From an uncultured delta proteobacterium (GTDB taxonomy: Bacteria > Myxococcota_A > Polyangia > Polyangiales > B10-G4), in contig CAVSGI010000010.1 in NCBI GenBank assembly GCA_963727445.1, positions 64,001 to 128,000 of the forward strand: 64,000 nt of DNA. The letters run 5' to 3'. The position numbers and the translations under genes were made by a program. The notes beneath the pieces were generated by a model. It was not told where the DNA came from. It was given only the letters and a program-made list of their open reading frames with translations, and ran no database searches. Positions within the stretch are counted from its first letter, which is position 1. Every line of letters begins with the position of its first letter. Below are positions 11,279 to 21,461 of this stretch, piece by piece.

Positions 11279-12217
11279 TCATTCGACTCCGACCTGTCGG
11301 GTCATGAGCCGGCCGACCGCTTGTTTGGGCGTGCACTCGCCCGAAAGAACGTCTGCGACCGCTGCGCTGATCGGTGCCTCGAAGCCGCGGCTCTGAACGA
11401 AGCTCGCCACCTGATGGGCGATCGCAGCACCTTCGATGTTGGCGCCGGCTTCCTTCGCCGCGTCCTCGAGGGAGGCGCCGCGGCCGAGGGCGCGGCCGAG
11501 CCGCAGCTCGGGTCGATCGTCGCCGCTGAGGGCGCTCATCAGGTCGCCGACCCCCGCCAGGCCGTGGAAGGTGCGTTCGTCGGCGCCGCAGGCGACACCC
11601 ACCCGTGCGGCTTCGGCGAGCCCCCGGGTGCCCATGATCGCCAGGGTGGAGGGGCCGAGCCCCATCCCCTCTGCAAAGCCCGCACACACGGTCAACAGGC
11701 CCACCATCGCCGACGCGATCTCGACGCCGGTGACGTCGCCCGTCGAGTAGAGCCGGAGGTCGGGACCGCCGATCGCCTGGCGTACGGCGTCGGTGACCTC
11801 GGGAAAGCGAGTGCCGACAATCCCGCCGCTCGGACGTCCCTCGGCGAGCGCGTCGGCGGCGAGCGGTCCCGCGAGCACGCCCACGCGGCGCACCGGCGTC
11901 ACCCGTCGAACGACGCGGGTCAGGGTCTCGAGCTCGTCGCCGACCAGGCCGCGGCTGACGTGGACCATGAGGTGGCTGCCGTCGAGATGAGAGCCCACTT
12001 CGTCGGCGACCTCGCCCACGAAGCGCGAGGGGATGGCGAGGAAGATCAGCTCCGCCTCTTTCACGTCGGCATAGCTCTTGGTGGTGCGCACCCTGGGGGA
12101 GTCCACGCTCTTGCCGACGCGAGAGTAGAGAAGGACCTCGTGGTCCTGGCGCGCGGCGGCGGTGGCGAGACCGCGGCCGAACCCACCCGCCCCGATGATG
12201 GCGACGGGCGGGCTCAC
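11279..12217 (-). CDS. NAD(P)H-dependent glycerol-3-phosphate dehydrogenase homologue with degenerate active site
   Basis: IIGAGGFG Rossmann motif, DVTGVE, TRGLAE, TFHGLAGVGDL and NIEG match the GpsA fold; KN and SRN motifs are absent. Confidence 0.8.
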   Translation of the reverse strand: MSPPVAIIGAGGFGRGLATAAARQDHEVLLYSRVGKSVDSPRVRTTKSYADVKEAELIFLAIPSRFVGEVADEVGSHLDGSHLMVHVSRGLVGDELETLTRVVRRVTPVRRVGVLAGPLAADALAEGRPSGGIVGTRFPEVTDAVRQAIGGPDLRLYSTGDVTGVEIASAMVGLLTVCAGFAEGMGLGPSTLAIMGTRGLAEAARVGVACGADERTFHGLAGVGDLMSALSGDDRPELRLGRALGRGASLEDAAKEAGANIEGAAIAHQVASFVQSRGFEAPISAAVADVLSGECTPKQAVGRLMTRQVGVE

Positions 12218-13920
12218 GAGTCGCTCCACATCTGCGCGATCTCGCGCGCCGCTTCGAGGTTGGGTTGGTCCGCGATCGCTTCGGCGTACTGGACGACCCG
12301 GTTCTGGTAGTAGAGGAGCAGGGTCGGGTCCTCCGCGGTGATCTCCGCGCCCACGTCCAAGGCGGCGATGCGGTCGTGATAGCCCTTGAAGGCGGTCAGC
12401 GCGCGCTCCACCACGTGCTCGGCAGGCTCGCGGGCGAGCACCGGGCTCACCTGGACTTCGCCCTTCTTGGAGAGCTCGAGCAGCTTGTCGCGCGCGTCGC
12501 CCACTTCTTTCACGAGCTCCTCGCGGGGCATGGAGACGTCGCCGCGATGACGCACGCGCACGAAGAGGTCGACCCCGGGCGTCGCGCGCACCAGCCGGCG
12601 GAAGAGCACGTGGGCGACGAGCTGGGTCGACATGATCACCGTCTCGCGTGCGATAGCTGATCGACCAGGACCTCGCCGAGCTCGCGCGTGTAGGCCTGCG
12701 TCGCGCTTCGCGTCGAAGGAGGCCTCGCCGCGGCGGGTCACGTAGGTGCCCGGATCGATCACGTCGCCGCGGGGCGCGAGCGACCGCCCTCGTCGTCGAT
12801 CTCGTTCCCGAAGGGATCGAGCGGCTCGCCGAAGCGGACCACGCAGGCGGACTCCAGCGCGGTGAGCTTGCGGAAGAAGGCAACCCAGCGATCCACGCGC
12901 GAGAACTCGTCGTCCTCGATGATGTAGCGCGCCTTTCCCTTCTCCTTGAGGTGATCCTCGATGAGCGTCTCGGCCTCGAGGACCAGGGCGTAGTTGATGG
13001 TCGCCGGCACGAAGTAGACCGGGCGCGGCGATGCCTCGCGCCTGATTGCGCGAGAAGGCCTCGACGCCGGTTCCGGCGAGGCCGAGCTTGAGATGGCGTC
13101 TCCACCAGCCCCGAGCGGCTGCGGGTTCCGCCCGGGAAGAAGAGCGAGTGATAGCCCCGCTCGATCATCACCGCACGAGTAGGTCTTGAGGACCTCCTTG
13201 TAGAGCACGCGACTTCACGCGGCGGTCGACGCGATAGGCGCCGAGGTTGTGCATGAAGAAGCTGATGATCGGGTTGGTGAAGAGGTTCTTGCCCGCGCCG
13301 TAGACCACCGGCGGGAGCTCGTCGCGCTGCAGGGCGTAGCCGAGCGCGAGCGAGTCGAGGTTCGAGGCGTGCGTGGGCACGAAGACCAGCGTGCCTTTGC
13401 GCGAGAGTCGCTGGAGCTGCTCGTGCGGACCTTGAACCGTGAGCAGGTTCGTTGAGCGCTTCGTGGGGGGTGACGATCTCGCGGGGGAGCTGCGCCGGGC
13501 TCATCACCCCGGTGATCAGCTCGTGGAACGACGGTTTTCGGCCATGGAGTAGACGCGCGGGTCGAAGTTGCCTGCGACGTCGCCGGCCATCCGCATGCTG
13601 ATGCGGTCGAGCGGTGCGCCGCTTCTCCTCGTCGCTCATGCGGGCGATGCGGCGCAGGAGCCCGCGCCAGTAGCCGAGGTGCTCCTTCGCTTCTTCGTCG
13701 CGCTGCTTCGCCAGCCGCTCGGACTCGTTGAATGCGACCTCGTTCAGCGCCAGCTCCATCGTGTGCCGGTCGGCGGTGTGGGCGTCGGCCACGCGCTTGG
13801 CGACCTCGCGGACGATGTCCTCGCGCTCGCTGTTGAACCAGAAGATCGACGGGTCGTCCGGCTTCGGTGATGTACGGCCTCAGGCGCGGCAGCCGGAAGG
13901 GTTTGTCCGAGAAGAACTTC
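12214..13920 (-). CDS. Glycerol-3-phosphate acyltransferase, PlsB-like (many frameshifts, start uncertain)
   Basis: Fragments in several frames: PTHASNLDS (HxxxxD), YGAGKNLF, LGAYRVDR, FFPGGTRSRSG, VPATINY, LLLYYQNR. Confidence 0.75.
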
Positions 13921-15283
13921 AGACCGCCTCGAAGTAGCGGGCGAGCTCCCAGTCGGTCACGGCCTTCTGGTGCTCGCGGACCTCCCAGTCGCGGGTGCGC
14001 ACGTAGTGATCGACGAAGGCCTCGCCCAGCATCTCGCGCGCCGCTTCGCTCTCGGCGAGGGCGCGGGTCGCGGCGGTGAGGGACGTGGGAAGGGCCGCGG
14101 CCTTCGACGCCCTCGGCCGTCGCGTCGCCCTCGCGACGGCGGCGGGCGGGTTCACGCCGTGATCGATGCCGTAGAGCCCGGCGCCGACCGACGGCCGCGA
14201 GGGCGATGTAGGGGTTGATGTCGGCGGCGGTCTGCCGGTACTCGGCGCGCGCCGACGACTCGCCCGGCCGTTGATCACGCGGATGGCGCAGGTGCGGTTC
14301 TCGACGCCCCACGTCGGCGTCAGCGGCGCCCACACGCCCGGCACGTAGCGCTTGTAGCTGTTGATGAAGGGGCGTAGAGGGCGGTCAGCTCGGGGCGAGC
14401 GTCACCTGGCCGCCGATGTAGTGCCGGCCGAGGTCGCTGAGCCCATCGGCGTCGTCCGGGTCGGAGAAGAGGTTCTTCTCGCCGGTCGCGTCCCAGAGGC
14501 TCTGGTGCATGTGGCCGCTCGAGCCCGGGAGATCGGCGTTCCACTTCGCCATGAAGGTCACGCAAAGCCCGTGGCGATAGGCGATCTGCTTCATGAGCGT
14601 CTTGAAGAGCGCTGCGCGGTCGGCGGCCTCGAGGCGATCGCGTAGTCGAGGGCGGCCTCGTACACGCCGGGGCCGGTCTCGGTGTGCACGCCCTCGAGGG
14701 GGATGCGGTAGTCGGTGCAGGTGTCGAGGATGTCGTGCAGGAAGTCGGCGTGCTGCGCCTCGCGGAGCCACGAGTAGCCGAACATCCCCGGGCTGAGGGG
14801 CGTCGAGGCCGTGGAAGCTCTTGTCGCGGAGAGTCTCGGGCGTCTCCTTGAAGACCCAGAACTCGAACTCGCAGGACGCCTTGGGGCGATAGCCCGCGGC
14901 CTCGGCGCGCGCGTACGATCTTGCGCAGGACGTTGCGCGGGCAGGCGGGGTGGGGCTTGCCCGCCTCGTCGTAGAAGTCCGCGAGGAAGTTCGCCGTGTC
15001 GGGCTCGTGCCGGTAGAACGCGGAACGTCTGGGGGTCGAGCTTGGCGTGGGCGTCCGGATATCCGGAGTCCCAGCCCGTGACCTTCGCGTTGTCGTAGAG
15101 CTGGTCGGCGATGTCCCAGCCGAAGATCACGTCGCAGAAGCCGAAGCCCTTCTCGAGGGCCGAGTAGAGCTTGTCGAGGGAGACGTACTTGCCCCGCAGG
15201 ACCCCGTCGACGTCGAAGCCACCGATCTTGGCCTTCTTGATGCCTCGCTCTTCGAGGTCTTTGCGGATGTCATCGAGCTGCAC
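13919..15283 (-). CDS. Glutamine synthetase-family (gamma-glutamyl-amine ligase-like) protein (many frameshifts)
   Basis: DVDGVLRGK, HTETGPGVYE, TFMAKW..DLPGSSGHMHQS, WAP...WGVENRT, DINPY, VTDWELARYFE. Confidence 0.85.
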
Positions 15284-15466
15284 TCGGCTCTCCCGTGTCC
15301 TGTCAGTCGCCCGACTTCGCGACCGAGGGGAGGAGGATACGCCGATCGGGTACACGGATTCACGTCCGGATTTCTGCCGTTCGGGGGGGACGCTCGCCGT
15401 TTCGGCAGAGATTTTGGGGCGCTTCCGTTTGCCTCGGTCGAGCCCGAGCGCCAATCTCTGGCGGCC

Positions 15467-16027
15467 ATGAGCGACGACACCCGGCAGAAGTGGGACGAGC
15501 GCTACGCGAAGGGTGACCACGTGCGCGGTCAGGCCCCCGGCTGGCTCCGCGAGCTCGACCAGGAGATCCCGGTGGAGGGCCTCGCCATCGACGTGGCCGC
15601 GGGCACCGGTCGGGTGGCGGTGTGGCTCGCGCGCCGCGGCCTCGAGGTGATCGCCGCCGACATCAGCCCGGTGGGGCTGGCCCTCGCGCGCGAGACCGCC
15701 GCCGACGAGGGCGTGCGCATCCAGACCAGGGTCGTCGACCTCGAGCGCGACGGACTACCGGACGGGCGCTTCGATCTCGTGGCGTGCTTTCACTACCGCC
15801 AGCGGAGCCTCTTCCCCGCAATCAAGGAGTCGCTCTGCCCCGGCGGGATGGTCCTGGTCGAGCTGCCCACGATCCGCAACCTCGAGCGCAACGCCAAGCC
15901 CTCGAAGCGCTGGCTCGCCGAAGAGAACGAGCTCCTCGCCGATCTCGCCGGGCTCACGGTTCTCTACTACCGCGAGGGGTGGTTCGGCAGCCGTCACCTG
16001 GCGCGGATGGTGGCGCGAAAGAGCTGA
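15467..16027 (+). CDS. Class I SAM-dependent methyltransferase (TehB-like)
   Basis: KWDERY, AIDVAAGTGR motif I, ADIS, FDLV. Confidence 0.85.
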   Translation: MSDDTRQKWDERYAKGDHVRGQAPGWLRELDQEIPVEGLAIDVAAGTGRVAVWLARRGLEVIAADISPVGLALARETAADEGVRIQTRVVDLERDGLPDGRFDLVACFHYRQRSLFPAIKESLCPGGMVLVELPTIRNLERNAKPSKRWLAEENELLADLAGLTVLYYREGWFGSRHLARMVARKS

Positions 16028-16061
16028 CCCGTCCTCGCCCCACACTGGGGTGAGGTGTAGA

Positions 16062-16953
16062 GTGAAAGCAATCTTGCTTCGATCGTTCGCCCTCTCGATC
16101 CTCCTGCTCGCTGGTTGCTCCCTCGACGGTCGGGCGATCGCGCCGGGGACGGGGCTCGGCTTCGACGCGTCGCGCGACACCGGGTCGCGAGACGCTGACG
16201 CCCCGGACAGCCGGACGGCGTCGGACGCCTCGTCGCCCGACTCCATGGTCGTGGCGGACGGAAGCGTCGGTCCCGCCGACGCAGCGCCGGACAGCACCGT
16301 CGTTGTCGACGGCGCCGTAGCGGCCTCGGACTGCGACGGCCCTCTCGCGGGGGCGATCTTCTGCGACGGCTTCGAGGATTCGGCGCTCGGCGCCTGGTCG
16401 GAATCTCATCCACGCGGCCGTCCAGGACACCTCCAACGTCTATCGTGGCGGCGGGGCGCTCCGCGTGGACGTCAGCACCTACGGCGACCACCCGCAGGCG
16501 GTGCGCTCGCTCGCGTCGATCACCTCGGGCGAGATCTACTTCCGCGCCTACTACTACTTGGAGAGCGCACGACTCGTCGATGTCACCTACATGGTCGTCG
16601 CGGAGTACCAGGTGCCCTTCAATCACGTGAGCCTGTCCACCTACACGGGTGGCGACTCCTACGCCTGGGTCGATGGCCCGGACATATTCATCCACAACCC
16701 CGCCGTCGGCGTGCCCACCGACCGCTGGTTCTGCACTCAGGCGCACGTTCACGTCGACGGCGAAAGCGGGAGCTTCACCAGTTGGGTCGACGGGACCATG
16801 GACGAGATGCAGACCGACGTCGACACGCTCCCCGCAGCTGGCTTCACCGCGCTCCAGGTCGGCGCGACCTGGACGGGTGGCGGGCAAGGCGCCTACCGGA
16901 TGTGGGTCGACGAGGTCGCGCTGGACGACGCGCCCATCCCCTGCACGTTCTGA
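16062..16953 (+). CDS. Secreted lipoprotein with Cip1/lectin-like beta-sandwich domain (frameshift near 16420)
   Basis: Lipobox LAGC, Asp/Ser linker, FCDGFED, IYFRAYYY, DRWFCTQ, MWVDEVAL...IPC. Confidence 0.6.
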
Positions 16954-16955
16954 GA

Positions 16956-17936
16956 TCAGTCGAGCACGAGGCGGAGCTCGGGCTCTCGCTCCCGCATCTC
17001 CTCGACCTCGGGGTGCAAGGCGTCGAAGACGCGAAGCAGTCGGATGCGGGTGCGGTAGAGGCCGCGGCCGAGGGCGGCGCATTGGCCGCCGCCGTGCACC
17101 GGATCGTCGACGCAGCCGGCCTGGTTCCAATAGGTCGCGACGTCGGCAGCCTCGAAGGCCCAGTCGCTGGTGATGGCGAAGCGCTCGTGGACGACGCGCT
17201 CCGGCGGGGGCGGCAAATCCACGGTGCCGGAGCGGATGGCGTCGAGGACGGCCTGGTCGAGGGTGTGGACGCCGCTCGTCTCGAGCACCCAAGCCCCCGA
17301 AACGACGCCCTCCGGGTTCTGCACCACGCGCACGTCGACGCGGTACCAGTTGGTGGGCGCGTTCAGGAGGTTGACCTGGTCCATCCACTCGAGCGCCGCC
17401 TGGGTCGCGGCGTCGAAGTGGTCGTTGGCGAGCTCGGGCGGCATCGCGCCGATCGGATCGATGGGCTTTTCGGGCCCGTTGCGGTAGCGGCCGAGCTCGT
17501 CGATCAAGCGCGCGAGGGGGTTCATCCCCGCGCGTCGTTCGCGCTCCGCCTCGGCCATGTCGGGGACGAAGGCGCGGCGCATGCGGCGACGCATCTCGAA
17601 GTACCAGCCGTCGACGTCTCCCGACGCCACGCGATCGTCGCGGATGCCCTGATCGAAGTAGCGCTCGAGCGCATCCTCGGCCCGCCCTCGTCGATCGAAG
17701 GGCTCGCGCGCGAGCGTCCAGCCCGCGGCCTCTGCGAGGGGGAGGGTGGGCAAGAGGTCGATGTCCTCGCCGCCTTCGCCACCGCCGGGCGCCTCTTCGG
17801 TGGGTGGGGGCGGCGCTTGGACGTCCCCATGTGCGTCGAGCAGACGGTCACCGGCCGGCCGCGTCTGGATCTGCGCCGCCGCAGGTGCGGCGAAGACCCA
17901 CATCACCACCGACGCCGACAGCAGAATCCTCCCCAC
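16956..17936 (-). CDS. Exported protein with a TonB C-terminal-like domain
   Basis: Signal peptide ending AAA-Q; VRVVQNPEGVVSGAWVLETSGVHTLDQAVLDAI resembles TonB_C. Confidence 0.55.
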   Translation of the reverse strand: MGRILLSASVVMWVFAAPAAAQIQTRPAGDRLLDAHGDVQAPPPPTEEAPGGGEGGEDIDLLPTLPLAEAAGWTLAREPFDRRGRAEDALERYFDQGIRDDRVASGDVDGWYFEMRRRMRRAFVPDMAEAERERRAGMNPLARLIDELGRYRNGPEKPIDPIGAMPPELANDHFDAATQAALEWMDQVNLLNAPTNWYRVDVRVVQNPEGVVSGAWVLETSGVHTLDQAVLDAIRSGTVDLPPPPERVVHERFAITSDWAFEAADVATYWNQAGCVDDPVHGGGQCAALGRGLYRTRIRLLRVFDALHPEVEEMREREPELRLVLD

Positions 17937-17967
17937 GTCGGTACGTTGCGCGAGGGCGGCGTCGAGT

Positions 17968-19635
17968 TCACGCCGCGCGGGCTTGCTCGAGGAGCTCGGC
18001 GGCGGCGGCGCGGGTCTTCTTGGTGACCCGGGCGCCGCCGAGCATCTGGGCGAGGGCGTCGAGGCGGGCGCGGCCGGACAGCGCCTGGACGCGGCTGACG
18101 GTGCGTCCCTGCTCGATCGCCTTCTCGACGTGGAAATGCGCGTCGGCGAAGACCGCGACCTGAGGCAGGTGGGTGATGCACAGGACCTGGCGATCGCGCG
18201 CGACCTCTTTGAGCTTCTTGCCGACGCGCTCGGCGACGATGCCGCCCACGCCGGTGTCGATCTCGTCGAAGACGTGCAGTCCCCCGGACTGGCGGTCGCT
18301 CAGGACCCGCTTGATCGCCAGGAGCACCCGGGAGAGCTCGCCGCCGCTCGCTACCCGCGAGAGCGACATCGCCGCTTCGCCGGCGTTGGGCGCCACCACC
18401 AGCTCGACGCGATCGGCGCCGGTCGGCCCCAGCGGCGCCTCGTGCACGGCGATCTCGAAGGTAGCCTGACCCATGCCGAGCGACTCGAGCTCCCCGGAGA
18501 TCGCCCGCGCGAGGCGCTTCTTGGCGCGCGTCCTGAGCCGATGAAGCGCCCGCGCCTTGTCGCGCGCCTCCGCTTCGGCCGCGGTCACCGCCTCTTCGAG
18601 CGCTTCTGCGTGCGCTTCGCGGCGCCCGAGCAGCGCGAGCTCCTCCCGCGCTTCGTCCCGCCGCGCGATCACCGCGGAGAGATCGCCCCCGTGCTTCTTC
18701 GACAGGCGCCGCAGCTGCCCCACGCGCTCGTCCAACCAGGAGAGACGCGCCGGGTCGGCGGGCGTCCGCCGCGCGTACGCGGCCGCTTCCCCCGCCACGT
18801 CCTCGATCAGCGCCCGCGCGTCGTCGAGCTGCGAGGCCCAGCTCCCGAGGCGCGCGTCGTGCCGGGCGGCCTGCGACAGCGACTCGGCGATGCGTGCGAG
18901 CGCGCCGCTGATGGACGCATCGCTCCCGAGGAGCGCGTCCTCGGCCCCCTCGGTCACCTGCATCAGCTGTTCGGCGTGGGCGAGACGCGCATGTTCCTCC
19001 TCGAGACGCACGTCCTCGCCTTCCTCCGGCGCGACCTCGTCGATCTCGCGCAGCACGAAGCGCAGGAAGTCCTCACGCTCGGCCCGGCCCGCGGCACGGC
19101 GCGAGAAGTCGGCGAGGGCGTCGCGTGCGAGAGCGAGGGCGTCGTGCGCGTCGCGCATCTCCTTCTTCAGATTCTCCGCGCCCGCGAAGGCGTCCAGGAG
19201 CTCGAGCTGCTGCCGCGGCTCCGTCAGCCCATGATGCTCGTGCTGCGACGAGATCGTCGCGAGACCGCGCGCGAGGTCCGCCAGCTGCCTCTGGCTCGCC
19301 AGGCGACCATCGAGGTATGCCCGGCTGCGACCTGTCGCCCGGACGATGCGACGGACCACAAGCTCGTCCCCCACGTCGAAGCCGGCGGCGACGAAGCGCC
19401 CCCGCACCTCGGGCGCGTCGGCGAGATCGAAGAGCGCCTCCACCTCCGCCGCTTCGGCGCCGGCGCGCACGAGCTCCGGCCGACTGCGCGCGCCGAGCAC
19501 CAGCTCGAGGGCATCGACCAGGATGCTCTTGCCCGCGCCTGTCTCGCCGGTCAAAACCGTCAGGCCGGGCCCGAGCTCGAGCTCGAGCGTGTCCACGATC
19601 GCCAGATCCTTCACCCGAAGACAGGTCAGCATCAC
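17968..19635 (-). CDS. recN: DNA repair protein RecN
   Basis: LTGETGAGKS Walker A, ASGGELSR signature, VFDEIDTGVGG, QVLCITHLPQVA. Confidence 0.96.
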   Translation of the reverse strand: MMLTCLRVKDLAIVDTLELELGPGLTVLTGETGAGKSILVDALELVLGARSRPELVRAGAEAAEVEALFDLADAPEVRGRFVAAGFDVGDELVVRRIVRATGRSRAYLDGRLASQRQLADLARGLATISSQHEHHGLTEPRQQLELLDAFAGAENLKKEMRDAHDALALARDALADFSRRAAGRAEREDFLRFVLREIDEVAPEEGEDVRLEEEHARLAHAEQLMQVTEGAEDALLGSDASISGALARIAESLSQAARHDARLGSWASQLDDARALIEDVAGEAAAYARRTPADPARLSWLDERVGQLRRLSKKHGGDLSAVIARRDEAREELALLGRREAHAEALEEAVTAAEAEARDKARALHRLRTRAKKRLARAISGELESLGMGQATFEIAVHEAPLGPTGADRVELVVAPNAGEAAMSLSRVASGGELSRVLLAIKRVLSDRQSGGLHVFDEIDTGVGGIVAERVGKKLKEVARDRQVLCITHLPQVAVFADAHFHVEKAIEQGRTVSRVQALSGRARLDALAQMLGGARVTKKTRAAAAELLEQARAA

Positions 19636-19833
19636 CGCTCCTCCGCGGGGCGAACGGCCCCACGACTCATCGACCTCAGACGCCTTCGGTTGCTCAGGAC
19701 TGACGGAGGACGACTCTGAACAGTTGTACAGTGCGCTGCGGAGCGCGGCAAGCTTTCCGGGCCGGTGCGGCCCTTGCTACCCTCCGGACGCGTCCCGCAA
19801 TTCCAGGGGCCTGCCATCCCCCCTCACCCCTCG

Positions 19834-21375
19834 ATGTCGCTGCTTCCTTCTCGCCTCCACGCCTTCGCCCTGGCGCTCTCGGCCGCCCTCACGCTCCTCC
19901 TCGCGGTGGGGGAGGCATCGGCGCAGACCCGCGTGGTCGTAGAGAATTTCCACGGTCCGCAGAGTGGCCGCGTTCGGGGATACGTCGTTCAAGCCCTCAG
20001 CAACGAAGGCTCGATCGAGATCGTGCCGCGCGCCGAGGTGGAGGCCGCCGCCGCGGAGCTGGGCTTGCGCGCCAATCGATTGCGTGAGGACGACTATCCC
20101 CAGATCGCCCAACAACTGAACGTCACGGCTTTCGTCAAAGGGCGGGTCAGCCGCCGGCGACGCCGCTGGTCCGCGGTCGTGACAGTGATCAACGGCGCCG
20201 ACGGCGCGACCCTCGGCCGCGAGCGCTGGGGTGGCCGCACGGTGTCCAGCCTCGGCGCCATCCGGCGCAACGGCTACCGCCGGCTCGAGCCGCATCTGTC
20301 GAGCGCCCAGTCCCCGGGCCCCGCGTCGAACCAGAACGACAACGCACAGGCCAACCCCAACCACTGGGCTTACGGCGGCGCAGAGAACGACGAGGGGTAC
20401 GACGACGAAGAGATCCCGGGCGAGGAAGACGAAGAGGAAGAGGACTCCGAGCCGGTCGATCCCGGCTCGGCCTTCGACTTCCTCACCATCGAGCTCCTCG
20501 GCGGCTTTCTGCATCGCGGGATGACCGCCAACGCGCGCGTCCTCAACAACGGCCGCGACCCCATGGGGCCGGCCGAGCTCGACGAGGTGCGCAGCTACAC
20601 CAGCGCGGGCCTCGGCGGCGGCGAGGTGGGCTTCCGCATGGGCTTCTTCCCCGGCGCGATCCCCGACGACCAACCCATCCCCTGGTTCGGCGCGATCTTC
20701 GAGCTCCGCCACTCCGTGGGCCTGACCTCGCGCGGATGCCCCCAGACGGGTCCCTGCACCACCGACCAGGATCGCATCGATGTCGGCACCGAGCAGTGGG
20801 CGATGTACGTCGGCGCCCAGGGTCGCTTCCGCTTCGGTGACAAGCGCGGCGCGCCGATGATCTGGGCCGACGTCGGCTACGGCATCTTCGGCTTCCTTCT
20901 GGATCCCGGCGCGCTCATGCAGCTCGAGCGCCCGAGCGTCATCCCGCCGATCCAGTACAGCTACATCCACCTCGGCGGCGGCATCAACTATGCCCTGGTC
21001 CCCATCTACTTCACCGCGGGGCTTCGCCTCGGCTACAACGCCGGCCTCGACGTCGGCCAGAACGCCCGCGACATCTGGGGACTGCAGACGGGGGGCTCGA
21101 GCGGTTTTCAGCTCGGCATCGATCTGACGACGGAGATGCCCTACATCGCCGAGGGCGTCTTCCTCGGACTGAGCTTCGAGTATTTCGTCTTCTCCACCGC
21201 GTGGCGCGGCCAGACGCGCTGCGTGGACCCCTCCACCGGCTGCAGCCCCACCGATCCCTGGGAGCCCTGGCCGTCCGATCCCGCCGACCCCGACGTGGTC
21301 ACCGGGGGGATCCAGGATCCGGTGAACGACAACTACATTCGCCTGTATCTGTCGATCGGGTACGCGTTTCGTTAG
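19834..21375 (+). CDS. Exported protein, probable outer-membrane beta-barrel with an N-terminal periplasmic domain
   Basis: Signal peptide ASA-Q, acidic linker, amphipathic strands, C-terminal LYLSIGYAFR beta-signal-like end. Confidence 0.6.
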   Translation: MSLLPSRLHAFALALSAALTLLLAVGEASAQTRVVVENFHGPQSGRVRGYVVQALSNEGSIEIVPRAEVEAAAAELGLRANRLREDDYPQIAQQLNVTAFVKGRVSRRRRRWSAVVTVINGADGATLGRERWGGRTVSSLGAIRRNGYRRLEPHLSSAQSPGPASNQNDNAQANPNHWAYGGAENDEGYDDEEIPGEEDEEEEDSEPVDPGSAFDFLTIELLGGFLHRGMTANARVLNNGRDPMGPAELDEVRSYTSAGLGGGEVGFRMGFFPGAIPDDQPIPWFGAIFELRHSVGLTSRGCPQTGPCTTDQDRIDVGTEQWAMYVGAQGRFRFGDKRGAPMIWADVGYGIFGFLLDPGALMQLERPSVIPPIQYSYIHLGGGINYALVPIYFTAGLRLGYNAGLDVGQNARDIWGLQTGGSSGFQLGIDLTTEMPYIAEGVFLGLSFEYFVFSTAWRGQTRCVDPSTGCSPTDPWEPWPSDPADPDVVTGGIQDPVNDNYIRLYLSIGYAFR

Positions 21376-21385
21376 GCGTGAGATC

Positions 21386-21418
21386 GGGCACGGGCACGGG
21401 CAGGGGCACGGGCAGGGG
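21386..21418. repeat. Hexamer tandem repeat GGGCA(C/G), about 5.5 copies
   Basis: gggcac gggcac gggcag gggcac gggcag ggg read directly. Confidence 0.9.
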
Positions 21419-21461
21419 AGCGATCGACATCCTCGCCGGTCGGCGTTATTAGACCCGCATC

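Noticed and set aside
11279..13792. 837-aa acyltransferase-GpsA fusion suggested by the ORF track
   Set aside because: The upstream part wanders out of the acyltransferase frame because of indels; the acyltransferase has its own stop at 12214 overlapping the GpsA-like GTG at 12217.
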